Source: Schmidtea nova (taxonomy: Eukaryota). Taken from it: DNA of 64,000 nucleotides. The stretch lies in the NCBI GenBank assembly GCA_044892505.1, contig CM097882.1:449624001-449688000 (forward strand). Reading direction: 5' to 3'. The notes below the pieces were generated by a model that saw only the letters and a list, made by a program, of their open reading frames with translations, searched no databases and had not been told where the DNA came from. Numbering within the stretch: position 1 is the stretch's first letter; every line of letters starts with the position of its first letter. A program made the translations under genes and the position numbers. Positions 39,590 to 51,362 of this stretch are shown in pieces.

Positions 39590-40552
39590 ATTCATAAGAT
39601 TAGCAATCACGTTTTTGAACTGCTATTATCCATGAGCAACTGGGACGTAGGTCCGCGTTCTCTGAATATTTTTTCACAGATTCTAGTAATGGTCACAGCA
39701 TCCTCGTTACAAATCTCTCTCTATATTGCGAATCTACTCGGTCCGCAGTCGATACACGTCAAATAACGCTTATCCCGGTAGTGAGTCACGTCTAACGCCA
39801 ATCTGGTCCAATTACACTTCACCGACAAATTTACATGTTTCCATCTTACAGGTGCCGGATCTATCGTTCGACACCTAATACAGTTTGATATCAGACCTTG
39901 TACCACTCCACAAGATACGTTAGGAAGCAACTTCCTTACGAAATACAGAGTTCAATCCACTCCGAAGTGATGCGTATCGTGGCACTTCCTTATTCTGTCG
40001 GATATCGATATAGTAGAACAACTTACTTGTTTAACCCATGTAAGCCAAGCTTTCGTAACTCTAGTTAAAACGTCGGTCTTGTTTTTCTCGGTCGGGACAA
40101 ACTCCACGACTATCTTTAAGTTGTATGCCAGTTGGAGTTCGTGAACAATTTGTAGACGCCTACGAATTAGCCTCTCGGAAGATCCGTGAGTTTTTACTCA
40201 ATGACTATCTGTCAGTAATGACCCCAGCCAACTTTGGACCGTCGTAGAATTTGATTTCACGATTATGGACGACAGATCCCACTTAATCATGAGGTTAATT
40301 CCTTTAATTACAGCATCGAGTTCAGGCACGTTTATATGCGCTGCGTCGTCTGTCTTTCTCAGCCAAGCGGCATCCTCCACGATTTCTCCGTTGATTTCGA
40401 GACAAACTCCAAGAGCCAGATTGCTTGCATCACACCATACAACTCCATCTTTTGTCGGTGAAACATGCCAAACTCCACGAACTGGATCATCTTTCTTAAC
40501 GAGATCGATAATTTCAACTATTATCATGGAAGCATAATCTCCAAATGTATCT
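39590..40552 (-). pseudogene. Ty3/Gypsy-type pol fragment (RNase H, HHCC zinc finger, integrase core)
   Basis: VWCDASNLALGV, HINVPELDAV; HDTHH...CIRC; ALDVTHY...LLMDN; internal stops; runs into gap. Confidence 0.85.
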
Positions 40553-41428
40553 NNNNNNNNNNNNNNNNNNNNNNNNNNNNNNNNNNNNNNNNNNNNNNNN
40601 NNNNNNNNNNNNNNNNNNNNNNNNNNNNNNNNNNNNNNNNNNNNNNNNNNNNNNNNNNNNNNNNNNNNNNNNNNNNNNNNNNNNNNNNNNNNNNNNNNNN
40701 NNNNNNNNNNNNNNNNNNNNNNNNNNNNNNNNNNNNNNNNNNNNNNNNNNNNNNNNNNNNNNNNNNNNNNNNNNNNNNNNNNNNNNNNNNNNNNNNNNNN
40801 NNNNNNNNNNNNNNNNNNNNNNNNNNNNNNNNNNNNNNNNNNNNNNNNNNNNNNNNNNNNNNNNNNNNNNNNNNNNNNNNNNNNNNNNNNNNNNNNNNNN
40901 NNNNNNNNNNNNNNNNNNNNNNNNNNNNNNNNNNNNNNNNNNNNNNNNNNNNNNNNNNNNNNNNNNNNNNNNNNNNNNNNNNNNNNNNNNNNNNNNNNNN
41001 NNNNNNNNNNNNNNNNNNNNNNNNNNNNNNNNNNNNNNNNNNNNNNNNNNNNNNNNNNNNNNNNNNNNNNNNNNNNNNNNNNNNNNNNNNNNNNNNNNNN
41101 NNNNNNNNNNNNNNNNNNNNNNNNNNNNNNNNNNNNNNNNNNNNNNNNNNNNNNNNNNNNNNNNNNNNNNNNNNNNNNNNNNNNNNNNNNNNNNNNNNNN
41201 NNNNNNNNNNNNNNNNNNNNNNNNNNNNNNNNNNNNNNNNNNNNNNNNNNNNNNNNNNNNNNNNNNNNNNNNNNNNNNNNNNNNNNNNNNNNNNNNNNNN
41301 NNNNNNNNNNNNNNNNNNNNNNNNNNNNNNNNNNNNNNNNNNNNNNNNNNNNNNNNNNNNNNNNNNNNNNNNNNNNNNNNNNNNNNNNNNNNNNNNNNNN
41401 NNNNNNNNNNNNNNNNNNNNNNNNNNNN

Positions 41429-41552
41429 TAGATCAAAATTTTTTTTTATAAACAATAACACAATATTTCGGCACAGCCTTTATCAAGTGTGTATTTGATA
41501 AAGGCTGTGCCGAAATATAGTGTTATTGTTTATAAAAAAAAATTTTGATGTA
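41429..41552. repeat. ~120-bp palindrome made of two abutting ends of the CACACTTGATAAAGG repeat family
   Basis: ...CGGCACAGCCTTTATCAAGTGTGTATTTGATAAAGGCTGTGCCG...; same sequence at 26363, 57183, 58312, 60170. Confidence 0.7.
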
Positions 41553-41634
41553 TAGTCATTATGAGAATTATTGTTAATAATAATAAAAAAAGATCAAAGG
41601 TGAAAAAAGATAATTATGATATTATTATTATTAA

Positions 41635-41698
<64 letters not shown>

Positions 41699-41713
41699 TT
41701 TTTTTTTTATTAG

Positions 41714-42066
41714 TTGTGAAAATCCCAAGCCTTGTCCGGTTGGTTACTGTTTATATGGAGGTATATGTCGAATGTCGAATGGATTGCCTGTATGTAATTG
41801 CATAAAATCAAATTACATGGGGAGAAGATGTGAAAACCCAAAGAAATGTCCCGAAAAATATTGTGAAAATGGTGGCACTTGTTCAATAATCAAAGAAAAC
41901 TTTGTGTGTAATTGCTCGAATGTCAGTTACACAGGAGAAAGGTGCACTAATAAAATTGGCTGTCCCGACAATTATTGTAAAAATGGTGGAGCATGCGAAA
42001 TCAAGAAGGGAAATTTCGGTTGTAACTGCTCATTAACCGCATTTGGTGGTGAACAATGCGATCAAA
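41714..42066 (+). CDS. Neurexin-like protein exon, EGF repeats 7-9
   Basis: Phase-2 start completes EGF6 (GKN-CE); CPVGYCLYGGIC, CPEKYCENGGTC, CPDNYCKNGGAC. Confidence 0.9.
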
Positions 42067-42710
42067 GTAAAATCCATATGAATATTTTTTGTTTTTATTA
42101 TTATAAGAAAACAAAACAACATAAACTTTATTAATTCTTAAAGTGAAAAGTAATACGGTAAAACAATTTAACTCTTTACTTTATGGCAAAATTTTAAATA
42201 ATTATTTTTCTTTTTCTCTTTATTTCATTAATTTAATAATAAGGTTATACCCCTGAGAACTGTCTGGCATGAAATAATTTATTCCATTTTTATGGTGGTG
42301 AGTAGTCAAGCGCATTATTAATGGTATAACCTAAGTATGTTAAGGTAACTAATGATAAACATTTGATCCTTACTAGCTTCAAAATTATGTTTACCTAAAT
42401 AAAATTTATTTTTACATGTATTGTACATGAAGATTCTTGTTGTATATTTAAGTTTCGAATAAATAAGTTTTTAAGTATACATAAGTTTACCTATTTATAT
42501 TATTTATGCCGCCAAAGAAAATTGAAAAATATTGAAAAATATGAAAATATGTCTTTAAAGACCGTTACCTAAAGCCTTTTCCGATCCACAGCCAAGACCA
42601 TTTTTCGAAACCCCTGTTATTCGAGATTCCGCTGTATTTAATATTTATTTATTTTGAAAATATTTTAAAAATAAATTTTTCATAATTTAAAATAATTTTT
42701 CAATTATTAG

Positions 42711-42883
42711 AAGTGGATGGAGTTATGTGTGATTATAGGGAACCTGGTTATGCAATAACGGCCTTTAAGCCACCTATGGTCTCATCTGGAATAGTAACTT
42801 CAATGGGATTTCAAACCTTTGTTCAAACAGGGACGCTTTTTTGCTATGAAACAGCCGATGATAAATATTGGCTGATTAAATTA
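42711..42883 (+). CDS. Neurexin-like protein exon, third LamG (start)
   Basis: SMGFQTFVQTGTLF; GTAAGT donor; 47-nt intron follows. Confidence 0.8.
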
Positions 42884-42930
42884 GTAAGTTTAACCGGATT
42901 AAATGTTAAAAATATTCCATAATTGCTAAG

Positions 42931-43093
42931 GTTGAAGGTCGACTGGTAGTTGATATCAATGGAGCTGTTTTCAACATGAAAACTGTAGTCAATGATGGCC
43001 AGTATCATTTTCTTAAAATATCTCGAGATGAAATCAACTTTGTTATTTCTCTTGACCATTACCCCTTTGAAAATTTAATAATTCCAACTGCAA
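42931..43093 (+). CDS. Neurexin-like protein exon, third LamG
   Basis: VEGRLVVDING...VNDGQYHFLKISRD. Confidence 0.85.
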
Positions 43094-43633
43094 GTAAGAA
43101 ATTATTTTACAATTTCTTTTTATCTGTAAAATCCTTTATCATTTTCTTCATCTTTTCTCCTATGTTTTATTTATAATTTCATTTGTCTTTATGAAGATAT
43201 AAATTTTAAAAGTTAAAAATGTAAAACAATATTTTCTGAAATTTTTAAAAAAAATGAAAAGTGAAATTTTTAAAATTTTAAAGTTTTAAATTTCAGAAAT
43301 TTGAAGAGAATAATATTTGCATCAAAATTTAGCCTTAATTTGTTTAAACAATAAATAATTAAAAAACAATTATTATTTTTTGATTGAAAGAGATTTGATT
43401 GTCCAGCTAGAGTTGTGGAATCTCAAAACTTGAATGTTGTCGAAACTAGTAATCTCCATGGAGTTATGGATCATTTTTTTTTGTATTTTATACAAATTTT
43501 CTGCACTTAAAAGAACAGTGATGAAAATTTGAGTTAAATACCAATCATTGATCTATAGTCGAAAACTAAATGAAGAAAAGGACAAATATTTTAATAAAAG
43601 GTAAAGCTTTATGATACCCAGTGCAAATCCCCA

Positions 43634-43675
43634 ATAGCAGACAAGTTTCAAGCTTTTGGCCCTCGTCAGTGCTAT
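43634..43675 (-). ncRNA. Minimal type-I hammerhead ribozyme (intact core, GUC site)
   Basis: Minus strand: ATAGCA-CTGACGA-GGGC/CAAAA/GCTT-GAAA-CTTG-TC-TGCTAT. Confidence 0.75.
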
Positions 43676-43816
43676 GCAGGAGACGTGAAAATTGCTCTGT
43701 AAGACTTTACATTTTCAAATGATGTGATATTCAGTGTACCAAGCATGGTATTTAATAACGTTGTTTCGACTTTTTTATACTTAACCGTCGCGAAGAGCAT
43801 TTTTCGTGTCTCCTGT

Positions 43817-43858
43817 ATAGCACTGATGAGAGCCAAAAGCTCAAAACTAGTCTGCTAT
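43817..43858 (+). ncRNA. Minimal type-I hammerhead ribozyme (G12>A core mutation)
   Basis: ATAGCA-CTGATGA-GAGC/CAAAA/GCTC-AAAA-CTAG-TC-TGCTAT. Confidence 0.65.
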
Positions 43859-44152
43859 TGGGGTTTTGCACTGGGTATCACAAAGCTTTACCTTTTATTA
43901 CTTGTCTACAAACAAACAGTCATTCAACAACTGTTTTTTAAATATTTTAATGTATGCGGAATTTTATCCATTTAGTGAAAAATTGATCAGTACACAAGCT
44001 TATCAGATTTATTCATAAACAGACTGTCAATTTTGCATGAGATAGAAACGATCTTAAATTTTACACAACCATATTTTTCAGAAATTTTTATCATATCAAA
44101 ATTATTTTATTGGAAAAATAATGAATAAATCGGTCTTTAGAGGATTTAAATA

Positions 44153-45082
44153 TTTGGCGTGTCTGAAAAGTAATGAGATTTCGTATGCCACACACACAAA
44201 ACTGCTAGCTATGCATTGGTACTGCGTTAAACGAATCACAAGTCTTTATACTATCTGACCAATCAGGTGGCTACTCACACACATGCGTGTGTGACTCTAT
44301 ATAAGGCATGATTCGTAGCATACTTTGTCTTTGTGCAACGACTGCACAAATGAAGCTGAACAAAGAGCACTTTCGTGCATATGTGTTGTTTGAACAACAA
44401 CGTGGACGAATAGCTACAGAAGTCTATGAGCAGCTACAAGAAACACAGATGACTGATCTACCATCCCGTGCCACAGTGTTTTGCTGGTGTAAGGATTTCA
44501 CTGAAGGTTCACGAACATCTCTGTGTGACCAACCGAAGAGTGGAAGGCCTTCAACATCAACAGCAGATGAGAATATTGCAATATTTATGCTGTCCCACCT
44601 GGTGAAACAGTGACCTCTCAACGATACACTGAGTTTGTCCATGATACTGGAGAAAAATGGAGGACTCGCGTTCTTCTCCAACACGACTTAACCAGCTCTG
44701 GTGGCAACATGACAATGCGCGTCCTCATGCATCTGTACACACCAGGGAATTCTTTGAACAAAGGCAGGTCAAGCTAATCCATCAGTCAGCTTACAATCCA
44801 GACTTGAATCAATGTGATCGCTGGTTGTTCAACCACCTGAAAAAAGACCTCGGAAAGAGGGACTTCCACTCCAAAGAAGAGGTTCAGAAGGAGTCGTTGC
44901 AGCTGTTCAGACGCATTGAGCGGGAACGCTTCCAGCATGAGCTGGAACGATTGTATACCCATTGTAAAGATGTCATTCGAGTCAAGGGGGACAATGTTGT
45001 ATGAAAATAAATTGCATTACTGCAAACTGTCTGTCTTGTAAGTGGGGTAAGAGGAGTCTCGTTACTTTTCAGACACGCCAAA
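44153..45082 (+). mobile_element. Internally deleted mariner (DD34D) element
   Basis: TA-TTTGGCGTGTCTGAAAAGTAA...TTACTTTTCAGACACGCCAAA-TA; HTH (MKLNKEHFRAY...SGRP) and WQHDNARPH...YNPDLNQCDRWLF. Confidence 0.9.
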
Positions 45083-46061
45083 TATTAAAAAATTTAAATG
45101 TCAATATTTTAAAAGTAAAGAAATGGGAAACATGAAAAATTCAATTTTAAAGTGCAATGGAAAACTGCAGTAGAGTTTTTAATGAATCTGCTGAAGAAGT
45201 CAACAACGAAATTGCGGAACCAAATAATATTATTCCTATACCAATTGCTTACAACGATATGGCAAATATACTTCCGACTGCTACAAGTCATCAATATAAT
45301 ACGAATATTATATTGGGGGTAAAATTAATGATAATAATAATTATTATTATTATTAACTCCAATGTAATTAATTTAAATAAAACTAATATTTATTATTTAA
45401 ATTTTTGTTTTCGTACAATTTCTTTTTTAACTCATTTAACAAAACAATTCAACGTCGCATAAAAATATAATTACAATTAAACATAAGTATTTTTATCAAT
45501 TGGAAATCCCAAATTATTGGTCCTTCCAATTAATTAAGTGCATTACAGAGTTTATTAAGGATTATACCGTTGTAAAATTCAAATGAAGAACTTGAATTAA
45601 AAGTTTATTTCAAAAACCAGTGTGCTGAATATTATACGCATAGATATGAATCACAGCTGTTGGGAGATATTGAAATTTGATTCTCGGAAAATTTGTTTTA
45701 ACACTAAAAATTAAAGAATATATTAATTTGTTTTATTGAAGTAAATATTATTTGGAAATTTAATTATGAGCTTTTACATTGCAGATTGCAATGTTATTAC
45801 AACTGACAATTACCATTCAAATTGCATCAGTGACTTTTATACTTCAAACTTCGAATAAATTTACAAGTTACATACAATTTTATAAAAATAAGGAATACAG
45901 TTATAAGATTATATATCAATGATTATATAAATATTATATCTAAATCTTTGTTTCATTTCAATACAAAAAAATATAAAATTTATGAACCAAAATATTATTT
46001 ATTTATTGATAATAACTGTCACCGTCTATTCTTGACAAAATACTATATGTAATCTTTTTAG

Positions 46062-46433
46062 TAACTTCAATATTAACTTTGCCGAATAATGTAATAATTT
46101 ACACAAAGCTGACATTATGTAATTCATGTCCGGATACATTCAATAGAGACAGATTTCAAGGAGCTATCGGAAATGCAAAATCCGGTCATATTGATATTTC
46201 TAAAGGTCTTAAAAATTATGGTAGATCTGGTGGTGGTGCTGGTGCCGGTGTCGGCATCATGATTGGTGGTATTAAAAATACCTTAACACCTGTTACACCA
46301 CTTCCAGGAATACCAACGCCTCAACCTTGTTATGCAGGTTTTTGTAAAAATGGTGGAAAATGTTTAGTCAAAAATTACGGTCCAAGATGTGATTGTGGAA
46401 TAAATGGCTTCACTGGAAATCAATGTGATCAAA
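46062..46433 (+). CDS. Neurexin-like protein exon: end of third LamG, Gly/Pro linker, EGF10
   Basis: FQGAIGN...GGGAGAG...CYAGFCKNGGKC..CDCGINGFTGNQCD; phase 1/1. Confidence 0.85.
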
Positions 46434-47122
46434 GTAATGTTTTTTAATTAACAGTAAAAAAATAATAATAAAAATCATTGTAAAAATCATCTCTCTAACT
46501 TTTAAAGAGTTATAAGTGTTTTAAAGTAGTATCAATAATTAAAAATCTGTTGGGTCGTTTGTTTTGAGTCAGTTTTTTATTTGTCTCCTCGAGCTCCTAT
46601 AATTGAGATATCACCAAAGCCCAACATAATAAACTTTATTAAATTCCGCCAATTTACAAAATAATAAATAAATCAATACAATTTTTATTTTCTGCACAAA
46701 CACTCAGCACTCTTTTTTCTGTTTAAGCGATATGGGTAGATCTACCAAAGGTAGATTACCCTTTCTAGTACGTTTTTTGATTTGCTAATGTTGGATGCCG
46801 CACAATCACCTCTTCGCCTTACTTACCAAACGCGGTTTTCAATATACTCCCGATTTGTTTTCGCTTCGACCAGAATCCCGATTTTCTATTTTTAAGTCTC
46901 TTTTATAGTTTTTTCATTACAATAACATTATAATTAAATTTTCCCGAAATGGAAAATTTTTATGATTAGTTTCCATTCTCTGTGTTCTAATTCAATTTTT
47001 ACAGATCCGAAATGATTATTGCTCCTTCTTATTTAATTTATTTCGGTTTGTGATTCTGGTAATTTAATTTTAAATCGGGTTTTCCTTTGGTTCGGGTTTC
47101 TTATTAGTCCGGGTTTCCCATG

Positions 47123-47741
47123 CATGGGCGGTGGCAGGGAGGTGAAAGTGCACCACCTTTCATTTCTAAATAATACAATAGAAAATTTTTGAAATTTTAA
47201 TTGACACATTAAAACAAACTTTTCGTTCTAAAAATTCATTTATATAATATGAATATCAAAGAAATAAGTCTAAAACAAAATAATAAAATAACTCTTGCAA
47301 AACAGAATAAGATTTTTAAATTAAACCTATCATTTATTTTTGTCATTTTCTAAAAATAAAAGTTGTTCTTCTCGGTTTCTCGGCGAACTTTGATATGGAA
47401 GTGTTCACAAATTCTTCATTGTCATCAATTCTCTTTTTATGTACGCTCATCATACATAAACCTGACAATCGTTCTTCTGACATGGTTGACCTTGTCCATG
47501 TCTTTATTCTTCGTAATGTGCTAAATGAGCGTTCCATCGTACATGTTGTGATAGGCAGAAAGAGGCCAATTTTCATAGCTTGGAAAATTGCAGGATAAAA
47601 TCTTTTAGCCTTATCTATTAAATCTATATATTCTACCTGTGATGTATCCACGTCATCTTCGGCCCATGTTTCATACCATGTAGAAGCTTTAGAAGTATTT
47701 AGAAGTATTAAAGTCTTAGTGTTGAATTTTCTACAGTACAA
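47123..47741 (-). pseudogene. hAT transposase C-terminal dimerisation domain plus one terminus (CATGGGCGG at 47123)
   Basis: LPITTCTMERSFSTLRRIKTWTRSTMSEERLSGL. Confidence 0.85.
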
Positions 47742-48693
47742 TACTACCGTAGGTCAGTAGAGATTATAGCAATCTATATTCGAAAATTTAATTAATTTAA
47801 TTAATTTTTGTACTTATTTATCAATTGTGAATTTAAAACTTTTTAGTCTTTTTTATTGACTACCCTTTAATTAAGTGGTGTTAATAATTAATTAAAAGTA
47901 ATCAAAAAGTAATTAATTAAATTATAGGTTTAAAAATTGGTAACAGGTAACAATTGATAATATAAAGGCATATAAAATATTAGTAAATTGAAATTGGGTC
48001 TCAAAGAGGTATAGGTGCAAAAATACAAGTTAATTAAATAATTAATTAAAATGTAATTAACCCATCAATTATTGTAAAAGAGATTAGAGATTTAGAGGAT
48101 ATAAAATGACATGCGCTGGATTAAATTGGATGTAAATCCAAGATCAGACGGGTTTCCTTTTTGAAATCCGAAACAGGAAAAATCCCAACAATCATTGATG
48201 AGTAACAATTATATTTAAAAAAATTACTAGAGGAAATATAAACATTTTCAGTCAACATGAACTTCTGAATATGTAGTTAATTGTGAAATAATAATATTAT
48301 TATTTGAAATTGAAAAAATTGTTTTAAAACTGATGATAAGTGATTAATAAAATATTTCATTTGTTGTATGTGTATTATTGATTTTATAAAAAAGAACACA
48401 GAAGTTAGAAAGCTACTGATATACGACTAAAAATATGTATTGCTAATAAAATTAAATAAATTTCAGTTAATTAAAATTACAACAAATATGCTGATTAATA
48501 ATACTTAAGTAATTATAATAATTTTAATTCTTGATTTAAATATAATTTCGTAAAATATAATTATAAATGTAATGCGCTCATTTTTGAAATTTAAAAATTC
48601 ATATAATTAAAAAAATTACATTCTACAATAAACATAATCTTTCCTTGGGGTAGAAAATTAATTTTTTTAAAAATTAATAATTTTTTTAAAATA

Positions 48694-51006
48694 CAGTAAT
48701 CCCACGAACTGTGCGGTTTCTGACTGTGCGATTTTGTTTTTACCTCTAAAATTTCGCATTTCGTGGTAAAAGTTTTGCAGCAGCTCGTGCATATTTCTCC
48801 ATTTCTCTTTTTTTCGTACAATATACACATAAAATTTAGTGAATCCCCTTAAATTGTGTGATATAACTTGTAATTTATACATATGTACAATTCGCATTTT
48901 GTTTTCGAAACTCTTCATGTAAAAACGTGTTAAAGTATTTTTGAAAATTGGCAATCAACTTGGTGAAGAAGCCATTTACTTAGACCCTGATTTGGAGCGT
49001 GTTTTAATATTCCGCAGACTTTTGATTGAAGCTTTAGCGCCGTATAAGGAACTTTATAATTTAAGAGATAAAAAGCAATCACTATTAACAAGTTTTTTTT
49101 ACAAAAACATTGACGGAAATATCAAATTCATCAGAAGATAGTAGTGAAGACAGCAGTGAAAATTAAATGATGTAAAGAGTTTTTCATTTACATATGTACA
49201 CCTAATTCTGTTTTTACGCGAACTTTTTTACGCGAATTTGAATTAACGCGATTCAACAAAATTATTTCGTTCTGTTTTTACGCGATTTGATTTGATTTAA
49301 CGCGATGCAAAAAATTTAATTTTTAGCAAAAAAAATTCAAATATAAATTCAATAAAGTTAAAGGTAATTTATAATTTTAAGTCCATTCATTTATTACATG
49401 CAAATAAATTTTTTTTATAGGAACCTCATTACAATTAATAATGTCAGCTAAAAAACAAACGAATAGAAAAGCTATTTCTTTGGAAATTAAAATCAAAATT
49501 TTGGATAGACTAGCTACTGGAGAAGGTGCCACTTCTGTAGGGAAATATTTTAATTTAAGAGAATCAACCATAAAACTATAAAAAAATGAAGAAGCTATCA
49601 GAAAATCTGTGATTACTGGAACAAATATGAGTGCTCATACAACATCATACACAAGAGACACTGTAAAAGAGAAAATGGAGAAAATGGCATAAAGCAGATG
49701 GCATTACGAATTTATAAGCAGATGAAAGAAATGTAACCACAAACATCAGGCCAGAAAGATAAAAATTTGAATTTTCTGCAAGTACAGGTTGGATGACAGG
49801 TTATCTGCAAAGGCACGCGCTTCATAATATAAAAATTAGGGGTGAAATTGCATCAGCAGATGAGGATGCTGCTAAAGCATTTCCCCAAAAATTGGCTAAA
49901 ATAATTGAAGAACGCGACAACACTCCGGATCAGGTATGGAATGCAGATGAAACAGGCCTTTTCTGGAAAAGAATGCCGAGCAAAACATACGTAGCCAAAT
50001 CCCAGAAAATTGCAAGTGGGTTTAAAGTATCCAAGGATCGCGTGACCTTTTTATTTTGTTCTAACGCTTCAGGAGATCGAATGCTAAAACTTTTACTTGT
50101 AAATCGAGCATTAAAACCACGGTCATTGAAAGGTGTAAATTTTACTACATTGCCAGTCCACTGGACAGCAAATAAAAAAGCTTGGGTGACTACTGAAACT
50201 TTTAAGGAATGGTTCTTAAAAAATTTTGTACCAGAAGTTCGGTGCTATATGAGAGATAAAGGTCTCGAATTAAGGTTCTGTTGATTATAGACAACGCACC
50301 AGGTCATTCCCATATGGAGCACCCAAATGTCGAATTTTGTTTTTTGCCGCCTAATACGACTTCGTTGATACAACCACATAAACGAATGCGTATATCATCA
50401 GGAAGTGACAGCAATTAAAAAATATTTTTTATAATATATTTTGCCATTTTTTGTTTTATTAAAATGAATTTTTTTGTGATATTTTGTTAAATAATGAATT
50501 TTTTTTTGTTAAATTAGTATTTTTTATCATTTTTTTCGTTTGTCCTTTAATATTATACTTATAAATATATCTTTAAATAAATATAAAATTTGTAAAACAC
50601 CTAAAAATATAAATTTGTATATTTTAATCACATTATTTTGGTTGATTTTGAAAATTCGGAACCAATCCCATACTTTTATATGGATACTATATCTTTTTTT
50701 ACGCGAATTTTCGAGGAACGTATCTATCTCGTAAAAACAGAATTAGGTGTATTTTATTAAATGAATTTATAATTTTTATTTATTTTTTGTTTATGTTTAA
50801 CTTTTATTTATATGTAATATAACTAGTCACTGAATAAAGACTTTATCTTAACTATTTACTTACTTAGAATTAAATTTTTAATGAGAAATTTTAAATTTGG
50901 AACGTATTCTTCAAATTTAATACAAAATTGGGTTCACAGTGCGCGGTTTCGGTTTGCGCGCTGTTTTTTTCAGAACGTAACTACCGCGCAGATCTAGGGG
51001 TTACTG
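48694..51006 (+). mobile_element. Deleted Tigger/pogo element (outer)
   Basis: TA-CAGTAATCCC...GGGGTTACTG-TA; Tigger C-terminal remnant DPDLERVLIFRR...YKELY...KKQSLLTSFF at 48941-49141. Confidence 0.75.
49199..50749 (+). mobile_element. Tigger/pogo element nested in the previous one; degenerate HTH + DDE_1 transposase
   Basis: TA-CACCTAATTCTGTTTTTACG...CGTAAAAACAGAATTAGGTG-TA; RKAISLEIKIKIL, WNADETGLFWK, KDRVTFLFCSNASG, DNAPGH. Confidence 0.88.
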
Positions 51007-51189
51007 TAATTTTTTAGTATTGCGCATTGATTATAAATTATACATTTCCTGAATTTCTCAACCAATCAAATGTCATTATAAACTCAATCGTGGAAATGAT
51101 CAATTAGTCAAGATTTAACATAATTATTAGATGTTTTCAAATAAATTTAAATGATTTTCTCTTGAATTACTTAATAAATTTCTAAATAG

Positions 51190-51362
51190 AAATCATGGTA
51201 ATTAAATCCGTGCCACCTGCTCCTGGATATGTTGTTATCACCCTTAATCCAGTGATTGCGACCAATTTCGATCTTATTCGATTTATATCAGAATCTTCAG
51301 AATCTTCGACCCCATTAGCGTCACTCATAACACCTGAAGGAAATTCCATTGAGGTCAAAATA
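51190..51362 (+). CDS. Neurexin-like protein exon, fourth LamG (start)
   Basis: TAG acceptor, GTAAGT donor, stop-free, phase 1 to phase 0 as required. Confidence 0.75.

Larger units (their letters stand above)
43592..43900. mobile_element. 309-bp hairpin element with ~115-bp inverted arms, each holding a hammerhead
   Basis: TAATAAAAGGTAAAGCTTT.TGATACCCAGTGCAAA... matches the reverse complement of the right end. Confidence 0.8.

Noticed and set aside
41616-41713. Poly-Leu N-terminus as signal peptide of a secreted EGF protein
   Set aside because: It is an intronic (TAT)n microsatellite; the real exon starts at the AG at 41712-41713.
45157-45462. 101-aa ORF as a host exon or gene
   Set aside because: No domain motif, low-complexity 3' half, and the 43093/46062 exons already join in frame.
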